Positions 55,470 through 64,000 of a DNA stretch of 64,000 nucleotides are shown here, piece by piece. Below the pieces are notes generated by a model that did not search any database, was not told the DNA's origin, and saw only the letters and a program-made list of their open reading frames with translations. The stretch's first letter is position 1. Every line of letters starts with the position of its first letter. Source of the stretch: Ascoidea asiatica JCM 7603 (lineage: Eukaryota; Fungi; Ascomycota). The position numbers and the translations under genes are program-made. The stretch lies in assembly GCA_001600695.1 (NCBI GenBank), contig BCKQ01000005.1:339306-403305 (forward strand). The letters run 5' to 3'.

Positions 55470-58463
55470 TTATTCAAAATAACGAGGTGCGTCAAAAACA
55501 TGGTATCTATGACCTCTGGTACCATCCCCTTTAAATACAGAAGGAAATCTTTTGCTTTTTGGAACTTCACTTTCATCAATTCTAACATCTTTATAAAGTT
55601 CGGCTTCACTTTTCAAATTATCAGGAGGGAGTTCGAATTTTCCGATTTGAATTTCAGTATCTGTAATGGTGCTTCTGCTAATTCTAGCATACCCTAATCT
55701 TTTCAATTTTTTGAATAAAATATATTCACACCATCTATCCCAATCTGTGGAATCAATATCATGCATACCAGATTTTTCTGACACATAAGTATTATAATTT
55801 CCCTCAAGAGGTTTTGTAACAAGATAACTGAGTAAAATCATGGGTCTATTACTCGATCCCATAATATCTCTAACCCCTAAAGATTGGAGTCTTCTATCTT
55901 CCACATCTTCCTCTTGCCCACTATGGAATACAACTATGTCCACATATTTACCATAGATATCTAATGTGGCATGAATTGCTGGTCCAATTTCGCCTACTGG
56001 ACTGGGCAAAAGATGATGGGTAGAATTTATTATTGGAAATTTGGATAACAACAAACATCCCCATGTATGTTTATTAGGACCTGGTCCAAAATCTGTGTAG
56101 TAACCTAGGTCGTTGGCTATCTTTTGAGTTAAATCACGATTTCCCATAACAATTCTTTGGGTATCCGTTTCTAGCATGCCCATTATATCAATTTGCGCAT
56201 CTTTTAATAAATCTCTCATTCTATTTTCAGAAGCCCATAAATCATTATCTAAACCAAAATGAACTGTCCATATTCCGGCAGTAAAGGTACCTGAACCAGG
56301 GTTGAAAGGAGTTGGAGCTTCTACTGGAGATCGAAAAAATGCAATATAACATGATAACAATCCCGAGACTAATAGTATTAGTTTAAATTTATTGAACATT
56401 ATTCCTGAAGTTAGTCTGTTACGAGCAATTGAGATTACACTTTTATCGCATTTATCTTTTGACAAATGAGATGCAAATATACCCAATCCAATAAAAAAAT
56501 GAGCAGAACCAAAAACGATATCAGTTCTTTCTCTTAATAATGGCCCACCAGGAACAAATGCATATGCAACTATCCAAACACTTCCTAACATTAAAATTAC
56601 ATGAAACAAGAAACCTAATGAAAAAACAAAACTAGGATTAAATTTGGAACAATTTTTAAAAATTGTTGGAACTATAGATGTTAAATATACAGCGTATATT
56701 GAACCACCTGCGTATCCAAGCCATCCTTTATAAAAGTATAATACGATAAATCCAAGAGTGGCAACCCCGTAGTTCAACCAAGAATTTAATTCTGATATTA
56801 GTCCAAGATATGATCCAAAACACATTAAAACCAATGTTATAGCTCCATGAGGAACCGGTAAAGGACCTTTAATTGGATAACCATCCCACACCCAGGTGAT
56901 TATAGTTCCAGAGTCTGAAAGTAAACCATGAAGCATAAATAATAAACCACCAAAACCAAAAGAGGATAGAATTAGTGATTCTCTGCCTTGTGCAAGTTTA
57001 CTTATAGGATCTCTTACTTTTAAAGAAATGAATTCTTTATAAAGATTTGAATATCTAGGGGTTAGCAAAGCAGATACAGATCCAACAAAAATTCCAGTTT
57101 TATTCCATCCTCCATTTTCGGAATGCATTATCGGCCAAATAGGGTTATTTGAACAGAACAAAAATTTCAAAATTACGGAAAAAATCAATCCAATAGTGAA
57201 GGTAGTTGAGTAATATTTCAATAGCTGATTTTTATAAATGAGATTAGAATTTTTCATATTTTCATTACTCTTAGGTTCCTGACTCTCTTCTTTTTCTTTG
57301 GAGAAAGAAATATTTCCAATAAACCATATTTCATTTGCAACCGACACTGCACCAAATGCTACGCCTATTGAAGACGTTAAAAGTCTATATCTTGGTCTAG
57401 GAACCAAATAAGAGCCAATTCCTAACACCACAGAAAATAATCTTGTTATGAAAGAATAATTAGCCAAAAACCTTCTAATCGGAGAAATGATTAAAAAAAT
57501 CGGAGAAACTAATGAAATAATACAAACTTCAAATCCCGAAATTCCCATATACCAAAGTGGAAAAAACCAAATCATTGGAAGTAGAGATGTAACCATTGAC
57601 CAAAAAATGAAAGAATTGAGAACATTAATGATCAAACTAAAATAGGATAAAGGATTATTAAAAATTGATAAAAGCCTCAAAATACAAGAGGATTTTCTAA
57701 TTTTTGATTCTTTGCCTGAGGATGTTTTTTTTTGGGGTTTGGAAGAACTTATATTTATAATTCCTGAAGAGTTTGAAGAAAATGCAATTTCTATACCTTT
57801 AAAATCAATAATTGACCATGAGTCAAACCCTATATCAAGGAAAATCAAAGACCATTCCACATAAGCATAGTAAGAATAAGCACCAGGTAGTCTATGAACT
57901 TTATGTTGGATGAAAAGATAAATTAATGGGACCAAGCATGCGAAAAATGTGCAAGAAGTCAAAAAACGATAGAGATTTAATTTTGAAGGTTTTGGCGTTA
58001 ATTTAACTATCATAAATTCATAAGGCAAAGTTAAAAGAATGTAAGATATCATAAAAATGTCATGAAAGTCATGATCATCAGTTGAGGTTATATAAACCCA
58101 ACCTGCACAGGTAAACGTTCTTATCACACCAGTTATTAATATACTAACAGGCATAATTGAATTTGGTTTATTTAGTGTTAAAAAAGTGAGAGCATGTAAT
58201 AAAAATCGGGGGCCAGCAGTTAATGCAATCAAAACTTGAAATAAAGATCTTTCTGGATACCTATCACCAATTGTAGCAGACACGCTTGGAAACCATTCGT
58301 CAGGATAACCATACCAAGCATTTTGAACAATTTTATGATAATGAAGCAGACAGCCTACAATCAATGCTGCAATGAAAGCAGAAAATGCACAAATAGAATG
58401 GACATAAGCTATAACAGATCCATTGAGAGTAAATATATGTTTCTTTTCATTCAGCAAGCTCAT
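55470..58463 (-). CDS. CWH43: GPI lipid remodelling protein Cwh43
   Basis: YPDEWFPSVSATIGDRYPERS, TSTDDHD, NNPIWP, GPGPNKHTWG, DRWCEYI, RGHRYHVF. Confidence 0.97.
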   Translation of the reverse strand: MSLLNEKKHIFTLNGSVIAYVHSICAFSAFIAALIVGCLLHYHKIVQNAWYGYPDEWFPSVSATIGDRYPERSLFQVLIALTAGPRFLLHALTFLTLNKPNSIMPVSILITGVIRTFTCAGWVYITSTDDHDFHDIFMISYILLTLPYEFMIVKLTPKPSKLNLYRFLTSCTFFACLVPLIYLFIQHKVHRLPGAYSYYAYVEWSLIFLDIGFDSWSIIDFKGIEIAFSSNSSGIINISSSKPQKKTSSGKESKIRKSSCILRLLSIFNNPLSYFSLIINVLNSFIFWSMVTSLLPMIWFFPLWYMGISGFEVCIISLVSPIFLIISPIRRFLANYSFITRLFSVVLGIGSYLVPRPRYRLLTSSIGVAFGAVSVANEIWFIGNISFSKEKEESQEPKSNENMKNSNLIYKNQLLKYYSTTFTIGLIFSVILKFLFCSNNPIWPIMHSENGGWNKTGIFVGSVSALLTPRYSNLYKEFISLKVRDPISKLAQGRESLILSSFGFGGLLFMLHGLLSDSGTIITWVWDGYPIKGPLPVPHGAITLVLMCFGSYLGLISELNSWLNYGVATLGFIVLYFYKGWLGYAGGSIYAVYLTSIVPTIFKNCSKFNPSFVFSLGFLFHVILMLGSVWIVAYAFVPGGPLLRERTDIVFGSAHFFIGLGIFASHLSKDKCDKSVISIARNRLTSGIMFNKFKLILLVSGLLSCYIAFFRSPVEAPTPFNPGSGTFTAGIWTVHFGLDNDLWASENRMRDLLKDAQIDIMGMLETDTQRIVMGNRDLTQKIANDLGYYTDFGPGPNKHTWGCLLLSKFPIINSTHHLLPSPVGEIGPAIHATLDIYGKYVDIVVFHSGQEEDVEDRRLQSLGVRDIMGSSNRPMILLSYLVTKPLEGNYNTYVSEKSGMHDIDSTDWDRWCEYILFKKLKRLGYARISRSTITDTEIQIGKFELPPDNLKSEAELYKDVRIDESEVPKSKRFPSVFKGDGTRGHRYHVFDAPRYFE

Positions 58464-59091
58464 TATCGTAATATAATGAAAATATGTGAAAGAAAAGTTC
58501 TTGAAGTCTAATTTCCAGATTTATTTAATCCTAAATAACCAAGATCCAAACGAGTAAAATAAGAAGTCAAACTTCACCAAATGCAGCCAGAATATTTTTA
58601 TGGGAAAATGTAATCCAAATAATTAACTAAATGAAATTTTCAAATACGGAAAACAGATTGAATCAATGATTTTTTTCAATTTTATTTAAAACAAATACCT
58701 TTAAATTTTTCAGCATTCAAAACACAAGATTTCACGTTCACTTTGTTCCGGAGGTGGGTGTGTATGCAGGGTAATAATTTCCCTGTGGAGTCTTCGGCTC
58801 GGGACTTTCTTTTTTGAAAAATGCCTTTTAGTTTCTTAACAGCCTAGGAATGTATCAGTTGTCATAATTTTAATCTTTTAACATTACATAAAATTTAAAA
58901 TATGAATCTACAAGTATTTCAAAACTTTTTTCTCTAAGCATAATCTTTTAAAGTGTAAAGTGTTTTTTTTTCTAAATACTAAGCTGGAAATAAAAAAAAA
59001 CAAAAAAAAAACAATTTCATGAGAGCTTCAGAATTCAATTTAATTTACAAGGGTATTGAAATCAATTATGATACTTTAACATAAAAAAAAT

Positions 59092-60881
59092 TTACCTAAA
59101 CTCCTTGGCTTTTAATTCATAAGCTATATTATTATTTCTAATTGAAAGTTTGATGAAGTATTTTCTAGGTTCGATTGCAATTGAAGTTGGAATTTCATTC
59201 AATTTGAAAGGATCTATTTCCATTAGCATTGATTTCTCATCTGGTGCCTGAATTTCAAATAGAATCAAAAATCTAACAAGTAAAATATAAAATTCCTTAC
59301 TAGCCAGATGTAACCCAACACACCCTCTAGAACCGGCCCCAAAAGAAAAATGCGTGGTTCCATCGCATATCATTTCACCATTATCGTCTAGCCATCTATC
59401 TGGATTAAATTCCATAGGATTTTTGAACCGATGTTCATCATGATTAGCACCATAAGCATTCATGAACAAAATAGTATTTTTTGGAATTAAAATTTTTTTA
59501 TAATAGAAAGGCTTTGTACTCATTCTAGGCAAGGATAAAGGAAGAACTGTGAAATATCTCAACGTTTCTCTTACAATAGCACCAACAAATGGAACTTTAA
59601 AGGATTCATAAGGAGATAACTTCCAAGCAGTTTCTAAATCACCATATTCTTTCAAAAGTTCATTGATTGCACGATTTTGGATTTCGTACCCATAGTCTGG
59701 TTGCGATAAGTGTCCTAAACAATGATTAAAATTAAGTGGAGTGTTATCCAAGCCAGCTGAAACCATCGTTAAACAGACACTATTTAATTCATCCTCAGTA
59801 AGGGTGTTTTCTTGACCATCATTTTCCCTCAATAATGCCATATATACAAGAGCATTTTTGTTTCCTCCTTTTGATATATCATTTTTGACTTCATTCATAA
59901 ATTTATTCATATAAATATCTCTTCTTTCTCTGAAATCATTGGCCTTCTTATTTAAATTCAATGAAAATAATCTTAGAAATGCAATATAATCTTGCAGATG
60001 TGAAGTATGTGATCTTAATCTTCCAATATTATTTTCAACGTAAGTGATCTCATCAAAAAGATTCCAATTTTTTTCATTTTTTTCACTTAAATCTATCGAA
60101 ATACCATAAGTTTTGATTAAACTGACACGAAGAGCAAAACCCTGAGCCAGCTTTAGAATATCAATATCATTGTTATTACATTCAAATTCTAATGTCGATA
60201 GAACACGATTAAGAAAGTATCTAGATTCAAAGTCCATTAAATCACAGTTTTCTATATTGTTAACATTTTTTCTATTCAAATATGTTGCAACCAATTTTTT
60301 CTTACGTTTGAATGAGTCTGAATATGGTGTTGTACCAATGGTAAAACCTCTTGATGATGAAACAACTTTATGAAAGGTATATAGCATAGGGCGAGAATTC
60401 GTTGCATCTCTAGAGTTAATCCATATTTCTTTAACAGAAGAAAATGAGTTTGCAACAACTACTCTTTGAGAACCTAATCTTGTTTGATAAACATCTCCAT
60501 AAGTTTCTGCCCATTTAGAGTATACAATTGATGGATTTGACATTACATTATGCAAATTACCGACTATTGGTAAACCTGGAACACTTGGTAATCCTTTAAT
60601 TTTGGGAGTACAACCAAAATCAAAAAAGTAATCTAGAAAAATCCATAATAAAATTGAAATGGATAAACCAGTAAGAATCTCAAGAAAAAATTTTTTAGGA
60701 TCCTTGCAAACTAAACCTATAAGAGCTAAAAAAATAGTTAATATCTCTGGTGATTATTATCAAAGTTTCAGCAATTTTCAAAAAAAATAAAAAGAGAAGA
60801 AAATTATAAAAACAAAGTAAAGTTTTGAACTTATTGAATTCAGAAAAACTTACCTTCAAAATAGGTTTTGTTTGAACTCAT
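59092..60881 (-). CDS. Cytochrome P450, phenylacetate 2-hydroxylase-like (CYP504-related); exons 60881-60854 and 60725-59092, 553 aa
   Basis: N-terminal TM helix plus PGLPIVGNL; FTIGTTP; MVSAGLDN; ETLR; PDRW; FGAGSRGCVG heme motif. Confidence 0.88.
60726..60853 (-). other. Spliceosomal intron (128 nt) in the P450 gene
   Basis: GTAAGT 5' site, TATTAAC branch-like site (60743-60737), TTTTAG 3' site. Splicing joins MSSNKTYFE-A-LIG in frame. Confidence 0.8.
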
Positions 60882-60991
60882 TTACCTAAAGCACAGCCTT
60901 TTATATATTTTGTTAATATTTCGGAGAGCAGTTTGATTTCTTTTTTTTCTATCTTATTTTTGTATTATATATTTTTTATCATATATCTTTT

Positions 60992-61081
60992 ATTTTATAA
61001 TATATTTTATAATATATTTTATAATATATTTTATAATATATTTTATAATATATTTTATAGTATATTTTATAATATATTTTA
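60992..61081 (+). repeat. 12-bp AT tandem repeat (ATTTTATAATAT), about 7 copies
   Basis: Directly visible; it explains the spurious FYNI-repeat ORF. Confidence 0.85.
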
Positions 61082-61797
61082 TCTTATTGAATATATTGAT
61101 TCTATTGAAATTATTAGATCATCAAACCAGTTAAGTAAAATTTTCATCATGACATTTCGAATAACTATTAAAATAATATATAGGAATTAAGCAAGAATTA
61201 AAAAGAATAATAGTTAGGTGAAATAAACATACAATTATTCAACTCAAATCATCCAGCCTATGTTAATTAAACAGCTCTAAGCTCTCTGCTTAGGAACTAT
61301 ACTAATTCTTGTAGAGTTGAAGCCAGCATATATTAAAACAGCAAATACCTCTCAATCTCCTTTGAGTAGCCGATTTGATTCAAATTTGAAGTCTTACATT
61401 TTAAAAATCACAGTATGACAGTCTTTTTAGTGATAATGGTTTTGGGTCTGGTTCCATTTTTGTTTTTGTTTTAGTTTTGTTTTCGTTGGCTTTTGTTTTT
61501 GTGTTTTTTTTTATTTTAAGGAATATTTCACTCTGCGAGTCGGTTATCGGGACGGAATTCTATTCAACATCTTCTTGGAATCAAAGTGCTAGTGTTAAAG
61601 TAACCAACAGTAGTTTCGAAGATTTGTTCAAGCGAGAACCCCTGCATAAACATGAAGAAAGCTATTCATAATCATGGTTGAATACTAAAATTAGTTTGAC
61701 ATTGTCTACATATTGAATACAAAAAAATTGAAAGTAAAGACAATTGTTTTTCCATTAGATCAAGGTTAATCAGAAACAATGTTTGAAATACTAAAAA

Positions 61798-64000
61798 CTA
61801 AGGGGGGTTTTCTTTTTCAATCGACGCATTGAATAATTGAAGACTTATAGCACTATCATTGAATCTCGTTATTGGATTGACGTCTTCTATTATTTCATAT
61901 GGGTTTATATTTAGTTCAAGATAGCAATTATTCTCATAATTATAGAGATATAAGTTATCAAGGAAATCTTCGTTTACTTGATTTTCATTATTTATAGGAT
62001 TCTCCAAAATATCATCAAAATCACAATTAAGACAACGTTCAAATAAAAGAAGATTTTCAGAACCCGAGCCTATAGAAAATAAATCACTTGAATCACAACC
62101 ATCCTCATCAATTGAATCCAGTGAAATAGCTCTATCATTACATCTTGGATTTTCAATTGAAGACAAAGAATTGAACAATTGATATATTATCGGTTTAGAG
62201 TTCATCAATCTTAGTGTATCAAGTTTAAGCTTGTAAGATCCTAAAACAATATTTAATAAACTTTTTAGTTTTGTATTAGATTTTATGAAGCCTGAATTAG
62301 AAAGCATCACAAATCTTTTAAAAAAGTTAGCATTTAATGCTTTTGGTTTAAATAACTCATTAGTGGTACAATGTACCAAATAGTCAGTGAATATTACTAA
62401 AATTTTAAAGAGAATTACAAAACTCATTGTAAAGTCCTTACCAGAGTATTTATTATTTGGTCTCATAACTCTAGAAACGATTTCATTGGAATAATTCATT
62501 ATCGATTCTCCAAATAATGTATTGCTAGATTTCAGAAAATTAAAGCTTTCATCATGATAACACGAAGTTAGAAGACAAGAAATATATGGACTTAAGTTAC
62601 TAAATTTGTTGAAATTTTTTTTTTCAATAAATTTTTCTGGCCCTACAAGCTTCGTACAAACAGCGGGGATTTCTTTAGAATTCAAAAATAGCTGAGAAGC
62701 GTATTTAATCAACAACTCCCTTTGATTTTCATTTAAGTAGTAAAACAAATTTCCAAACCTATCAAACCTGATTTTGGTCCCATTAATATTGGTGATATAA
62801 CAAAAATGCAACAATTTATCTAAAATTTCTTGGAATGAATTTATATTGTTGAATTTTTTGATTTTTTTTTCCCCTAAGTTGAATAATAGGGTTGAGAAAA
62901 ACTGACATAGTATATAGTTTTGATCCTTTGCTATCTGAAGATTAGTACTCATTTTTTTATAGAATAATTCAGTATTTACTTTTCCGTAGTAGTTTTTTAT
63001 TGAAAACAACAGTTCTGCTCTTTTAGAAGAGTCATAGAGAAAATCTGAAAACATCATGGAAGGATACAAAATAATCAAGTCTATCATGCCTAAAAATAGT
63101 TCTAGACAATCGTAATAACCAGCAATCTTATTTATTGTAGCAGAGTTGTCACTTCTCAATGCTCTTACTAAAATTCTTGAGATCTGAGAAATATAAAATC
63201 CTTTTCTCAGAATAGCATTGTTGGAAAATAATAAACTGTATGAACACCGTTTCAATTTTTTTTTGAATTTGAAATATAATAAAATCAAGTTTAAAATCAA
63301 TTCCACACCTGATTCGAGTATAGCTTTTTTTGAGCACTTTAATCTGAAAAAGTTTTCAAAAAATGATTCTGCTTTTTTATCCAGATACAATAGATTGAAA
63401 TCACAGAAAAACAAGTCAAGGATTATGGATACGAAATAATCATGAACGGAAACAAGTTCTTCATTTCTATTCCCATTAATTAGTCCATCAGACTGGAAAG
63501 GGTTAAAATTTTCTATAAGATCTTTTAGCGAAATGAATTCATTTAGGAGGAAAAAGCATAGATCCCTTATAAATTTAGAATATAATTCACTTTTAAGAAA
63601 CCTAGAGAACCTAGAGACTTGTTTCTGAATATACAATAAAATAGATTTTTTAAACCGTTCAGAACTAATCTTTTTTTTGAAGAAGTTAAGTAATGTCACA
63701 AGATTATATAAGTTTTCTTGATTTTTCTCATCTATTTCAGCAACAAGTTTATTTAATATAATCTCAATATTATAATAAAAACCGTCAAAATCATTTAACT
63801 CGCTAACATTTAGATTGAAATCAAGCTCAAGATTTGACACTTTGCTCAATAGTCTATTAAAAAGAATAACGTTATTATCATTCAAATTTAGATAATTGCT
63901 GAAACCATGGGAAGTAGGTTCATTCATTTTCAATTCATTAGAAATCAAGTAAGTTAGTTGATTTTGCAATGCAATAATAAAATTATGTTGCCTCCAATCA
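61798..64000 (-). CDS. SRB8: 3' part of Mediator kinase-module subunit Med12/Srb8 (frame open beyond the window end)
   Basis: C-terminus FNDSAISLQLFNASIEKENP resembles the yeast Srb8 terminal motif; large helical protein. Confidence 0.6.
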   Translation of the reverse strand, partial: DWRQHNFIIALQNQLTYLISNELKMNEPTSHGFSNYLNLNDNNVILFNRLLSKVSNLELDFNLNVSELNDFDGFYYNIEIILNKLVAEIDEKNQENLYNLVTLLNFFKKKISSERFKKSILLYIQKQVSRFSRFLKSELYSKFIRDLCFFLLNEFISLKDLIENFNPFQSDGLINGNRNEELVSVHDYFVSIILDLFFCDFNLLYLDKKAESFFENFFRLKCSKKAILESGVELILNLILLYFKFKKKLKRCSYSLLFSNNAILRKGFYISQISRILVRALRSDNSATINKIAGYYDCLELFLGMIDLIILYPSMMFSDFLYDSSKRAELLFSIKNYYGKVNTELFYKKMSTNLQIAKDQNYILCQFFSTLLFNLGEKKIKKFNNINSFQEILDKLLHFCYITNINGTKIRFDRFGNLFYYLNENQRELLIKYASQLFLNSKEIPAVCTKLVGPEKFIEKKNFNKFSNLSPYISCLLTSCYHDESFNFLKSSNTLFGESIMNYSNEIVSRVMRPNNKYSGKDFTMSFVILFKILVIFTDYLVHCTTNELFKPKALNANFFKRFVMLSNSGFIKSNTKLKSLLNIVLGSYKLKLDTLRLMNSKPIIYQLFNSLSSIENPRCNDRAISLDSIDEDGCDSSDLFSIGSGSENLLLFERCLNCDFDDILENPINNENQVNEDFLDNLYLYNYENNCYLELNINPYEIIEDVNPITRFNDSAISLQLFNASIEKENPP

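Noticed and set aside
60933-61190. 85-aa FYNI-repeat ORF
   Set aside because: Product of a 12-bp AT tandem repeat in the P450 promoter.

Overview
Very AT-rich nuclear DNA from a budding yeast (Saccharomycotina). It lies outside the Saccharomycetaceae, since it encodes a respiratory complex I accessory subunit; the composition resembles Ascoideales, which is an inference only. About 24 protein genes are supported: a partial low-complexity ORF (possibly FLO8), GLE2, a CLC channel, MOB1 (intron), NRM1, two Art10-like arrestins, an unknown conserved ORF, a divergent velvet-domain protein, L-2-hydroxyglutarate dehydrogenase, a Gfo/Idh/MocA oxidoreductase, PGK1, COG5, KAP123, GPI10, MSS2, KIN28, SWI4, BOI2, POL3, HPM1, an NDUFB10-like subunit (intron), CWH43, a phenylacetate-hydroxylase-like P450 (intron) and partial SRB8/MED12. 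The most notable observations are four. (1) Six palindromic GAGACCA-N6-TGGTAC units with a strict 28-29 bp period lie upstream of PGK1. (2) A highly diverged VosA/velvet-fold regulator is present in a yeast. (3) A 276-bp non-autonomous hAT-type MITE with an exact 8-bp TSD sits just 3' of POL3. (4) Next to the MITE is a GC-richer, stem-rich ~400-bp non-coding island that may be an unannotated ncRNA, with telomere-like motifs. Gene calls rest on recalled family motifs; no database search was run.
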